Below the pieces are notes generated by a model. It had not been told where the DNA came from, did no database searches, and saw only the letters and a list, made by a program, of their open reading frames with translations. From assembly GCA_050248615.1 (NCBI GenBank), contig JBFWSA010000002.1:1-64000 (forward strand): a stretch of DNA of 64,000 nt. Direction: 5' to 3'. The position numbers and the translations under genes are program-made. The stretch's first letter is position 1; every line of letters starts with the position of its first letter. Below, in pieces: positions 49,678 to 58,733 of the stretch. The stretch comes from Simkaniaceae bacterium (lineage in GTDB: Bacteria > Chlamydiota > Chlamydiia > Chlamydiales > Simkaniaceae).

Positions 49678-50490
49678 ATGAGATTTGTTTTTCTAATCAC
49701 AGGGAGAAAAGCCCTCCCATTTGCAAAAAGATGTATTGATTCAATTCTAGGACAACAAAAAGAGTTTTCTTTTGATTGGCTTTATGTCGATGATGCTTCC
49801 GAGTATTCACGGACTGAAAAAGAGTTCTTACTTTCGTTGATGGAAGGGAAAGTTCTATTTCTAGGAAAGCGTCATTATCAGGTCGGTGCCATTCATCAAG
49901 GAATCCAAAAAATAGAAGATCCCTATAGCATTATTTGTTTGATAGATGGAGATGATTATCTTTTGGGAGATGCATTAAATTATATTGCAAAGGTTTATGA
50001 AAATCCTGATATTGCTATGACATACGGAAATGTTCTCTTAGATTTTCGCCCTTATCAAGATCCTATGTCTCATTACTTTTTTGACAAAAAAACTGTTAAT
50101 ACAGAGTATTCCGATATCATTTGGAGAACCCAATCATTTCGAGAAGATGGTTTTCGGTGCTTTCATCTTCGTACTTTTCGTCGGTGGCTTTGGGATTATA
50201 TTGATCCTAAAGGCTTCTGCAGAAGAGATGGAACTCCCATTCGCGCCTCTGGTGATAGCGCCTTTATGTATCCAATGTTGGAACTCTTAGGTGATAAAAA
50301 ACATGTAATGTTCATCGATACGCCTCTTTATGTCTATCGCCTCCATATGGGAAATGTTCATAATCATGATAAGAAAAGCCAAACTGAAGACTTGGAATAT
50401 ATTCGCTTTGAACTTTCTCCTTATTCTCCTATAAATCGCTTGGAATTACAAGGACGACTGAACCAAGCCAAAGATCTTATTAAAGAGTAA
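49678..50490 (+). CDS. GT2 glycosyltransferase
   Basis: YVDDAS, IDGDDYL and LYVYR motifs. Confidence 0.82.
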   Translation: MRFVFLITGRKALPFAKRCIDSILGQQKEFSFDWLYVDDASEYSRTEKEFLLSLMEGKVLFLGKRHYQVGAIHQGIQKIEDPYSIICLIDGDDYLLGDALNYIAKVYENPDIAMTYGNVLLDFRPYQDPMSHYFFDKKTVNTEYSDIIWRTQSFREDGFRCFHLRTFRRWLWDYIDPKGFCRRDGTPIRASGDSAFMYPMLELLGDKKHVMFIDTPLYVYRLHMGNVHNHDKKSQTEDLEYIRFELSPYSPINRLELQGRLNQAKDLIKE

Positions 50491-50494
50491 AATT

Positions 50495-52234
50495 ATGTGT
50501 GGGATAGGAGGATTTGTTGGGGATGGGTTTTCTAAAGAAGCACTAGCTTTTATCCTTCGTAATGTCTGCGAAAAGCTCTCTCATAGAGGACCTGATTCAA
50601 TGGGGGTTTTTATTAAACCTGGGGTTGCTTTTGCTTCCACACGTCTTGCTATCCGGGATCTTGAAAAGGGACAGCAACCTCTCGAAAAAGAAGAGATTGT
50701 TCTTATTTTTAACGGAGAAATTTATAATACCGATGACCTACGCAATCGATGTAAATCAACGTGTTGGAAAACAGAAAGCGATACAGAAGTTGTTTTGGAG
50801 GTTTATCGGCACTTCGGAGAAAAAGGATTCCAGATGTTATCAGGAATGTTTTCGTTTGCGATTTGGGATGAAAAAAAATCAAGTCTTTATCTTGTTCGTG
50901 ATCGTTGGGGTGAAAAGCCTCTATATTATACTGAGACCAAAGAAGGGGTAGCTTTTGCTTCTGAACTAGGGGGACTGACTCCATGGCAGCATTTGAATTG
51001 GGAGTGGGATGAAAAAGATCTATGGACGTTTTTAAAATATAGCTATATCCCAAGTCCCTTCTCGGGATGGAAGAATGTTAAAAAACTCCAGCCTGGTTGC
51101 TATCTTCATTGGGAACTAGGATCGAAAAAGCTAAAAAGATATCACTTTCCGAAGATTAGTTTGAATCAGCAATCTCCAGAGGTTTTATTGCAAACAATTC
51201 GACAAGCAGTACATCAATGCGCGGTATCAGATAAACCCGTTGGAGTATTTCTAAGTGGGGGTTTGGATTCTTCTACTATTGTCACACTGCTAAAGGAAGT
51301 CAAGGGAACGTTTCCTGTATATTCCATCGACTGGAAAGAGAAAGATTTCTCAGAAAGCTCTTATCAGAAACTCCTATGCCAAAGTCTCGATCTCCCTCAG
51401 AAAGTCATCTATTGTACGTCTGAATTCATGACTCAATACTTCGATTATATCGTTTCTTTGTATGGAGAACCTTTTGGTGATGAATCGATGATTCCGACCC
51501 ATTGTATTGCTCGACAGGCAAAAGAAGAAGTTGATGTTGTTTTAACAGGGGATGGTGCAGATGAATTTTTTCATGGATATGAGCGCTATTTTTTTAATCA
51601 TTCTTCAGCAGAGTATACTGATACTTTTTCCCCTATTGATCAATCAACTTGGGAGCTTATCTTTAAAAAGGAATTTCATCACCAAACATTTCGATCCCAA
51701 CTCGATTATTCGACAGAATGGGGAATAGAAAGAGATAAAACACTGAGAGATCGTTCCTTAAGAGATATGCTTTCATATTTACCAGATGATATATTAACAA
51801 AAATAGACCGTGCTACCATGGGGGTAGGTCTTGAGGCAAGAGCTCCCTTTCTTTTACCAGAAGTTACAGCGATTGCTCTCAGTTCTTCTCTTGATCAGTT
51901 GCAAGATTTTTCAAAAATATGTGGGAAAAAACTTCTAAGAGATGCGGTGAATAAGATACTTCCTGAAACAATTCTTCTACGTAAGAAACAAGGGTTTGGA
52001 GTTCCATTAGGTAAATGGTTTCAAGATGATCTCCATCTCTGGATGAAAGAACGTTTGATGTATGGGGCATTAAATCAATTGGGATGGTTCTCAAAAAAGG
52101 GGCTAGAAATTCTTTGCCAATTTCCTCTGAGATATTCACGCGCCATCTTTAATCTTTTAGTTTTGGAGAGTTGGATAGGTAAAAATAATTGTTTGCAAAA
52201 TAATCTTTATAAATCTAAATTTTTTGTAAATTAA
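50495..52234 (+). CDS. asnB: AsnB-type glutamine amidotransferase (asparagine synthetase family)
   Basis: MCGIGG, HRGPD, FNGEIYN, SDTEV, FLSGGLDSS, TGDGADE and EARAPFL motifs. Context suggests a tailoring enzyme. Confidence 0.9.
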   Translation: MCGIGGFVGDGFSKEALAFILRNVCEKLSHRGPDSMGVFIKPGVAFASTRLAIRDLEKGQQPLEKEEIVLIFNGEIYNTDDLRNRCKSTCWKTESDTEVVLEVYRHFGEKGFQMLSGMFSFAIWDEKKSSLYLVRDRWGEKPLYYTETKEGVAFASELGGLTPWQHLNWEWDEKDLWTFLKYSYIPSPFSGWKNVKKLQPGCYLHWELGSKKLKRYHFPKISLNQQSPEVLLQTIRQAVHQCAVSDKPVGVFLSGGLDSSTIVTLLKEVKGTFPVYSIDWKEKDFSESSYQKLLCQSLDLPQKVIYCTSEFMTQYFDYIVSLYGEPFGDESMIPTHCIARQAKEEVDVVLTGDGADEFFHGYERYFFNHSSAEYTDTFSPIDQSTWELIFKKEFHHQTFRSQLDYSTEWGIERDKTLRDRSLRDMLSYLPDDILTKIDRATMGVGLEARAPFLLPEVTAIALSSSLDQLQDFSKICGKKLLRDAVNKILPETILLRKKQGFGVPLGKWFQDDLHLWMKERLMYGALNQLGWFSKKGLEILCQFPLRYSRAIFNLLVLESWIGKNNCLQNNLYKSKFFVN

Positions 52235-52254
52235 AAATATTTAAGGACGTTGTT

Positions 52255-53181
52255 ATGAAAGTATTGGTCACTGGCTCTGAGGGACTCATTGGCTCTTCTT
52301 TGTCTATTGCTCTTTCTCGTTTAGGAATCACAACTCTCGGGTTCGATAATAAATTAGAGCCTCACCACCCTTATTACGGAGATATTCTAAACTATGAACA
52401 AGTGACTGAAGCTATAAATGATGTGGAAGGAGTTGTACATCTTGCTGCTGTCTCTCGTGTTGTATTTGGAGAGAAAAATCCCAAATTATGTTGGGATACG
52501 AATGTTGAAGGTACAAAGCATATTTTAGAAGCCGCTCTAGCCTCTCCTAAAAAGCCTTGGGTTCTGTACGCGAGTAGTAGAGAAGTCTATGGTCAACAAG
52601 AAGAACTCCCAGTTAAAGAAACAGCTCCCCTGATGCCGGTCAATATTTATGGAGATTCAAAGATTGCAGCAGAAAAAGCTGTAGAAAATGCAACGCAAAG
52701 AGGGTTAAAAGCATCCGTTGTCCGTTTTTCAAATGTTTTTGGAAGTGTCTGCGATCATTCTGATCGGGTCATTCCAGCATTTTGTTTAGCTGCAGCCCAT
52801 GGGACAAGGATAAGAATCGATGGAAAAGACAATCTCTTTGATTTTACGTATATCGATGATGTGGTTCAGGGAATTTTATCTTTTATGTATCAACTAAGTC
52901 AAAATGATGACCCTCTTCCTCCTATTCACTTTACCATGGGGCAAGCCACAAGCTTAGGAGAAGTTGCTTTCTTTGCACAACAAGCGAGCAGGCATTTAAT
53001 AGAAATCGTTGAAGCGCCCCCAAGAAATTATGATGTTGCCCGTTTTTATGGAGATCCTTCCCGTGCAGAAACTCTTTTGAATTGGAAACCTTGTGTGGGT
53101 GTGCAAGAGGGGATGCGTCGTCTTATCCATCAATACCGACTTGCTTCTCAAGTTGTTCAGAAAGAATATGCTTATCTTTGA
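52255..53181 (+). CDS. NAD-dependent epimerase/dehydratase
   Basis: TGSEGLIG, HLAAVS, ASSREVYG and YGDSK motifs. Confidence 0.9.
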   Translation: MKVLVTGSEGLIGSSLSIALSRLGITTLGFDNKLEPHHPYYGDILNYEQVTEAINDVEGVVHLAAVSRVVFGEKNPKLCWDTNVEGTKHILEAALASPKKPWVLYASSREVYGQQEELPVKETAPLMPVNIYGDSKIAAEKAVENATQRGLKASVVRFSNVFGSVCDHSDRVIPAFCLAAAHGTRIRIDGKDNLFDFTYIDDVVQGILSFMYQLSQNDDPLPPIHFTMGQATSLGEVAFFAQQASRHLIEIVEAPPRNYDVARFYGDPSRAETLLNWKPCVGVQEGMRRLIHQYRLASQVVQKEYAYL

Positions 53182-53806
53182 CCATCTTTTTGTGAGGCAT
53201 GCAGATCGCCCACCATTTAAGACAAACTCTTGGGGACATGATGTTTCCATTAGCCTCAAAGGAAAACAAACTTCGAGAGTAATGGGGAGACAACTAAGAT
53301 CCAATGATCTTAACTATGATCTTTGGAGTAGTCCCATCAAAAGATGCTTGGAAACTGCTGAATCAATTGGCATGGGGTTAGGCTGGAATAAAGAGATTAA
53401 GCAAAGTTCTCTTTTGGGAAATCCTGGATTTTTTATTCGAAACCCAGAACTGGCTTCTATTGTTTTTAAAAAATATCATCTTTCTCAATTGATTGATCTC
53501 TACCTTCAAAAGAAAAATCTTCCAGGTTTTTTTTCTTTTGAAAAAGGGTGTCAAAGAATGCTCTCAGCTTTAACAGATAAAAATAAATCTCCATCTATAT
53601 GGGTGACTCATGATATCTGTGTTACAATTTTAGCGTGCTTTTTATTCAAACGAATCACTTGTGAAGGATTCACTCCTAATTTTTTAGAAGGGATTGTCAT
53701 TAAAAAGGATGAAGAAGGATGGCTTGCATCCTATAAGGGGTGTAATACAAGAATTGACGAAACTGTATTTAAGGAAAAGTTTGTCTCAAACCGAAACCCT
53801 GCTTGA
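53168..53806 (+). CDS. Histidine phosphatase (PGM-like)
   Basis: VRHA, SSPIKRCLETA and VTHD motifs. Start taken at ATG 53168. Confidence 0.82.
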   Translation: MLIFDHLFVRHADRPPFKTNSWGHDVSISLKGKQTSRVMGRQLRSNDLNYDLWSSPIKRCLETAESIGMGLGWNKEIKQSSLLGNPGFFIRNPELASIVFKKYHLSQLIDLYLQKKNLPGFFSFEKGCQRMLSALTDKNKSPSIWVTHDICVTILACFLFKRITCEGFTPNFLEGIVIKKDEEGWLASYKGCNTRIDETVFKEKFVSNRNPA

Positions 53807-55410
53807 GAGCAAAGAGATTGAAATTCCTCTAGCGTTCTTTCTTTCCCACCGGTCATCACCCACATATTTAGGTTGAGTAGTCCTCCCCTCCCAGTATCCT
53901 TATCTAAAAGATTTTCGATGACATAAAGACGCCCAGTATTCTGGGTTACCTTTCGCACTTCCTTTAATATATGAAGGGCTCTTTTATCATCCCAGTCATG
54001 TAATACTCTTGATAGAATAATCCCGTCGAATGAACATTTTGGCCATTTTTTAAAAAAATCTAGAGCGACAAAAGTCAAACGTGGTTGAGGAATGCATTTT
54101 TCTAAAACTGAGGGACGATCTAAAACGACTCCTTCGAGATGAGAGTATTTTTCGAGAAGCATTTTTATAAGAGTTCCTTTTGATCCTCCAATATCTGCCA
54201 TTAACTCATGTCTTGTGCAATCGATAATCTCTCCGAAAGCTCGATAATCATTATATGCATAATGAGAAAGTGCCTGATGATAAAGAGTTTCTTTTTCTGG
54301 ATGGTTTTTAATATAGTCAAACCAGTTTTGGTGGTATGCATTCTCAAAAGAAGATTTCCCTTGTTGCAGAGAGATTGCAACTTCTCTCCAAGCCTGGAGA
54401 TGTTCTTCCATCCAAAGGGTTTGAGCGTAAGTAAGAGAAAGAGAGTGTTGAGGTGTGAGCAGTTCTCCTTTTTCTGATAGTTGCCATAGATTTTGGGCCT
54501 TCTTTACGTATCCTATTTCCATCAAAGCAAGAAGAACTTTTTCGATCATTGCAGACTTTAAAGTCATTTTGTGTGAAAGGTTTTCTAAAGTGCTTGGCAA
54601 AGATTCAAAAATTTGAAGTTTCTTTGCCCCTTCTAAAGCGTATAACTTCCAATAAGAAACTAAATCACTTGAAACTTCATGAAAAACATCTTTTCTTTTC
54701 GAGCAAAGATTCTGAATTATATCTCCTTTTTCATCGATTACCCTGAGTTGTCCTTCTTCATTTTCTACCCTTGCATATCCATTATAAAAGGGCTCAATCA
54801 TGACATACCTAGTCGAATAAAGAGGATTTCCTTTATGGTCGATATGAAACCATCCTAATTCATCTTTTGCTCTCGCAAATCCTTTATGAAAGCTATCTAA
54901 ATCCAAAAATCCCTTTGGGTGAATTTTACTCCCTTGACTATCGATATGGTAATGAAGGCCGTTCGTATGCTGCACAACCGCAACACCATCGTGAAAATCA
55001 CCTGCGTAAGAATAAGTCCGTGAGTAAAGTGCTTTTCCTTCTGTATTGATGTGGAAATAGCTTCCATCAAAGTCTCGGACAGTACAAAGGTTTTCTTGGA
55101 AGTTGCCACACCATGCATAACATCTTTCATAAATAGAAGATCCATCAGCAAAAATATGAAACCAACCTTTTTTATCAACTACTGTTGCACGATTACAGTA
55201 AAAGCCAAACGTTTTTTGATAACGCTTTTGGTAGAGAGGCTTTCCAATAAGATTAATATGAAAAGCACCTGAAAGATCTCTTACAGGAGCAATCCCAGGA
55301 AAGTGAAATTTGAGAACGTGAAGGAAACGATGAGAATATGCAGGTTTGCCATCAATAGTGTGATGAGTTTCATCTTGAGAAACTTCATATTTTTGCCAAT
55401 TCATCTTCAC
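53731..55410 (-). CDS. WG-repeat-like N-domain fused to a class I O-methyltransferase
   Basis: Seven HI..xG..LY...FH.G.A.V repeats; C-terminal DIGGSKG, DFF, SRVLHDWDD and GGKERT motifs. Confidence 0.85.
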   Translation of the reverse strand: MKMNWQKYEVSQDETHHTIDGKPAYSHRFLHVLKFHFPGIAPVRDLSGAFHINLIGKPLYQKRYQKTFGFYCNRATVVDKKGWFHIFADGSSIYERCYAWCGNFQENLCTVRDFDGSYFHINTEGKALYSRTYSYAGDFHDGVAVVQHTNGLHYHIDSQGSKIHPKGFLDLDSFHKGFARAKDELGWFHIDHKGNPLYSTRYVMIEPFYNGYARVENEEGQLRVIDEKGDIIQNLCSKRKDVFHEVSSDLVSYWKLYALEGAKKLQIFESLPSTLENLSHKMTLKSAMIEKVLLALMEIGYVKKAQNLWQLSEKGELLTPQHSLSLTYAQTLWMEEHLQAWREVAISLQQGKSSFENAYHQNWFDYIKNHPEKETLYHQALSHYAYNDYRAFGEIIDCTRHELMADIGGSKGTLIKMLLEKYSHLEGVVLDRPSVLEKCIPQPRLTFVALDFFKKWPKCSFDGIILSRVLHDWDDKRALHILKEVRKVTQNTGRLYVIENLLDKDTGRGGLLNLNMWVMTGGKERTLEEFQSLCSQAGFRFETNFSLNTVSSILVLHPL

Positions 55411-56458
55411 TTTTAGGGCTTCCTAAATTATTTGCTTTTTTTCGCATGTTGCATTTTTTGCATACTTCATTTTGGAGATAATTTTTTTGAAGGTTTTGAT
55501 ACGTCCTACTTAACCAAATATCTCCTATTGATTGGTTTTCGAGAGTTCCAAAGTCTCCTAGTTTTCTGCGGTCTTTGTCTGGAGCGCAACAGGGGTTAAA
55601 CCGCCCTTCTGCGGAAACCCAGGCCTCTTGACCTAAGAATGGACAAACTCCTTCAGGAATGAGCTCTTCGGTCGCATGCTCATCCAGTTCGTAAATATTT
55701 TCAAGAAAGACCTTTTTTCCATCTGAGAGCCGGTATTTTTCAGCAGTTTCTTGGGCAAGGCGTGCAATATTATTCCATTTTCGAATTGCTTGAGGACTTC
55801 TTCGCATTGACTCGTTTTTCATTTCTTTTGTAAAAACCCACAAATGGTGCCCTTTGACTCGATTTACTCCTAGAGAGGCAGCAAGTTTTACAACTTCTGG
55901 GATTTCTTCAATTCCTGTCTCAACAAAGGTAAGTTGAAATGTGATTCGACAAAAGTTGCCTCCATCTTGTGCAATAGTATCTCGCACTTGAATAAAATCT
56001 TTAACGTTCTGTACACGCTGCTCAAAATTGGAGCCAATCATGATGAGCTCCGAAGTTTTTTTAGTTGCCCCATTCCAGGAAATTTTGACATCCGAACCAA
56101 TAGGAACAATCTTTTCAGCCCATTTTGCGGCTCCATATTTTGGAAAAGTTCCATTTGTCGTGAGGTTCATTTTGACATCAAATTCATGACACAATTCGAT
56201 AATAGACTCAAAATGACGGTACAAAAGAGGTTCTCCCATTGTTGATGGAATAATTTCTCGGAGGGGAGTATCCTTTGCCTCTTCTAACACTTTACGGATT
56301 AACTGAATATCCATTCTCCGCCTCGGCCTTCCCTCTGCTTTACGTTGAGTTTGGCAAGTACTATAGATAGAGTGCTCCTCACACATGATACAACGGAGAT
56401 TGCAATCATCAGGGTTCGTGTCAAATGTGATACGCCAAGGACCGGGTTTCTGGATCAT
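55385..56458 (-). CDS. Radical SAM enzyme with SPASM/twitch domain
   Basis: CNLRCIMC, MGEPL, TTNG; C-terminal CPF...PCC...CKKC. Confidence 0.92.
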   Translation of the reverse strand: MIQKPGPWRITFDTNPDDCNLRCIMCEEHSIYSTCQTQRKAEGRPRRRMDIQLIRKVLEEAKDTPLREIIPSTMGEPLLYRHFESIIELCHEFDVKMNLTTNGTFPKYGAAKWAEKIVPIGSDVKISWNGATKKTSELIMIGSNFEQRVQNVKDFIQVRDTIAQDGGNFCRITFQLTFVETGIEEIPEVVKLAASLGVNRVKGHHLWVFTKEMKNESMRRSPQAIRKWNNIARLAQETAEKYRLSDGKKVFLENIYELDEHATEELIPEGVCPFLGQEAWVSAEGRFNPCCAPDKDRRKLGDFGTLENQSIGDIWLSRTYQNLQKNYLQNEVCKKCNMRKKANNLGSPKSEDELAKI

Positions 56459-57818
56459 AAGCCTTCCTACTCCTTAGGATTTGTTGATAAAGCGAAGTCA
56501 TGTGCTCAGCATGTTCTTCGATGCTTGGAATATGACCATCTGCTGACTGAATATATCCTTTAGACTGAATACGTGACAAAAGCTGAGGGTCCTTGATAAG
56601 AACATCCATTTGCTCTGCGAGTTTTGTAGGGGAGCGATGCTCAAATAATAGTCCATTGATTTTATGGTGAATATACTCTCTCATTCCTCCATAATCAGCT
56701 GTAATCACAGCAACCTGAGCTTCAAGAGCTTCATGTATAACAAGAGGGGAATTTTCTCCCCAAATTGAAGGGACCACAATAGCATCAATATGATTAAAAA
56801 CATCCAATACAATATTTGTGTTGGAATATCCTCCCATCCATTGGATCCTTTTCTGAACAGATAAAGGCATTTTTGAGACATAATCCTTTAAGGAATTTGT
56901 AAAAGGGTGAAGAGGAGAACCCCAAATTTTCAGCTCTGATTGGGGATGATTTAGCTTATGAAAGGCCTCCAATAAATGAAGAATACCTTTTGCTTGCTTG
57001 TGAGTTCCAATGTATCCAAAAGTGAAAGGCATGTTCTTCACCCTCAGCCTTCCGTGGAGTCTTTCTCGGTGAAAACCATAGTCTAGATAAACCATTTTTG
57101 AAGGAGAAATAGGCAGTCCATCCAAGAAGCGATTCATAAGATATTGGGAAGGAGCATGGAACAGATCAATATTTGGCAATATATCATTACGGATATGATC
57201 CATGCGACGTTGGACCCAGCCCGTCCAGTAAGAAATGTCTTCTTGGTTATCTTGAGAGCTAAAATATCTCCAGTAACAGTTGCGGGCACACTTTTCATTT
57301 TCTTGAGAGTCACAAACAGGATAGAGCTCTTCCGTCTTAGAATTGATGGTTTGCAGAAACTGTCCTCTTGGGCACATAAGCCAAAAGTCGTGTAGAGTAA
57401 AAACAATCGGTAATCCTAATTGATGGGCTTCGTAGACAATAGATGTAGAAAGATGATTGAGATGGCCAATATGGACAATATCAGGGTTGAATTCAATTGC
57501 GATTTTTCGAAATGCTTTATCAACAGCTGCATGTCGGTATCCATCTTTACTGTGGGCCATATTGATCCTAGCGATTTTTATTTCAGGACAGAGAGGATCA
57601 GAGCTCCAATTCACAGAGTATTCTTGTGCGTAGGCATTCTCTTCTCTTGTAAAAACAATGACTTCATGCCCTTGATGAACCAACTTATTGCAAAGGGTTT
57701 GAGAGTAAACTTCTGATCCTGCAGAATAAAGAGGTGGATAGCCATGGATCACTTTTAAGATCTTCAAAATACTTTCCTTGCAGAAAATTCTTAGGCAAAA
57801 GATATTTAGAAACTTCAT
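56421..57818 (-). CDS. GT4 glycosyltransferase
   Basis: HGYPP..AGSEVY, TLHDFWLMCP and PSIWGENSPLVIHEA motifs. Confidence 0.9.
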   Translation of the reverse strand: MKFLNIFCLRIFCKESILKILKVIHGYPPLYSAGSEVYSQTLCNKLVHQGHEVIVFTREENAYAQEYSVNWSSDPLCPEIKIARINMAHSKDGYRHAAVDKAFRKIAIEFNPDIVHIGHLNHLSTSIVYEAHQLGLPIVFTLHDFWLMCPRGQFLQTINSKTEELYPVCDSQENEKCARNCYWRYFSSQDNQEDISYWTGWVQRRMDHIRNDILPNIDLFHAPSQYLMNRFLDGLPISPSKMVYLDYGFHRERLHGRLRVKNMPFTFGYIGTHKQAKGILHLLEAFHKLNHPQSELKIWGSPLHPFTNSLKDYVSKMPLSVQKRIQWMGGYSNTNIVLDVFNHIDAIVVPSIWGENSPLVIHEALEAQVAVITADYGGMREYIHHKINGLLFEHRSPTKLAEQMDVLIKDPQLLSRIQSKGYIQSADGHIPSIEEHAEHMTSLYQQILRSRKAYDPETRSLAYHI

Positions 57819-57849
57819 TTTAGATCAATAGAAAATAGCTGGAAGTGCT

Positions 57850-58524
57850 ATGGCCGAGTTTATGGAACCAACGCTTATAACAGGTTTATTCTCAAAAAAT
57901 GGGAACGAAATTCCCGGAAAGATTTTACATGAAGCCCACACTTCTTTAAAAGTTAATAGTTGGTATAAAAGTCGTTTGCTTTTTCTTTCAGGAGACCGCT
58001 CTTCCACCTTAGCACTACAACAAATGGGGGTTCCAGTGTATCGAGTATTTGATGATGCCCCAGGTTTCATTCAACAGGCTCCAGTATTTCGAATGAAACA
58101 CTGGATGGTTTATCAGATGCTCAAAGAGCATAAAGAGATTCTTTGGATCGATTGGGATACAATCAGTTTAAAGCCCTTAGACGACGCTTTTTTTGAATAT
58201 TGTCGTCAAAAAAATACTCCTAAATTTGTTTTTATCCCAGGATACCATGCGACTGTTAATTGCAGTGTTTATTATGTAAATCAAACTTGGCTTTCAAGAA
58301 TGGAAAAAAGTTTTTATCTACCAACAAAATATCCAAATGATGAGTTGATGTGGGCTAATATTCTTCCGAAAGATATCACAAAACGAGATGAATACTGGTG
58401 GGGAGAAAGGGTTGTTAATGTATGGCTTGAGAGTGAGTGTTGTTGGGTTAAATCTGAAACTTACTTTGCTCATATTAAAACATTTGATTATATTAAACAC
58501 CTAAAACCTCAGAGAATATGTTAG
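57850..58524 (+). CDS. Hypothetical GT-A-like nucleotide-sugar transferase
   Basis: K...EILWIDWD (DxD), VNCSVYY and NDE motifs. Confidence 0.5.
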   Translation: MAEFMEPTLITGLFSKNGNEIPGKILHEAHTSLKVNSWYKSRLLFLSGDRSSTLALQQMGVPVYRVFDDAPGFIQQAPVFRMKHWMVYQMLKEHKEILWIDWDTISLKPLDDAFFEYCRQKNTPKFVFIPGYHATVNCSVYYVNQTWLSRMEKSFYLPTKYPNDELMWANILPKDITKRDEYWWGERVVNVWLESECCWVKSETYFAHIKTFDYIKHLKPQRIC

Positions 58525-58733
58525 AAGAAATCTTTCTTATTAAAGGAGATAAAGCCTCTCTGTCGTGAGACCAATGAGATAGCTACTAGACAAGAAACCC
58601 AGATAGACTATCTTCTGGAGATAAGGTACAACTGCTCATTTCCCTTCCTCTTTTGACAATTATAAACAACTGTTAAATCATTAATTATATTATTTTTATT
58701 TATTATTAAAAATATTTTTTTAATCTTTCGTGA

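Noticed and set aside
58519..58733. Possible gene remnant at the island's right edge
   Set aside because: Only a 16-codon ORF with no recognisable motif.
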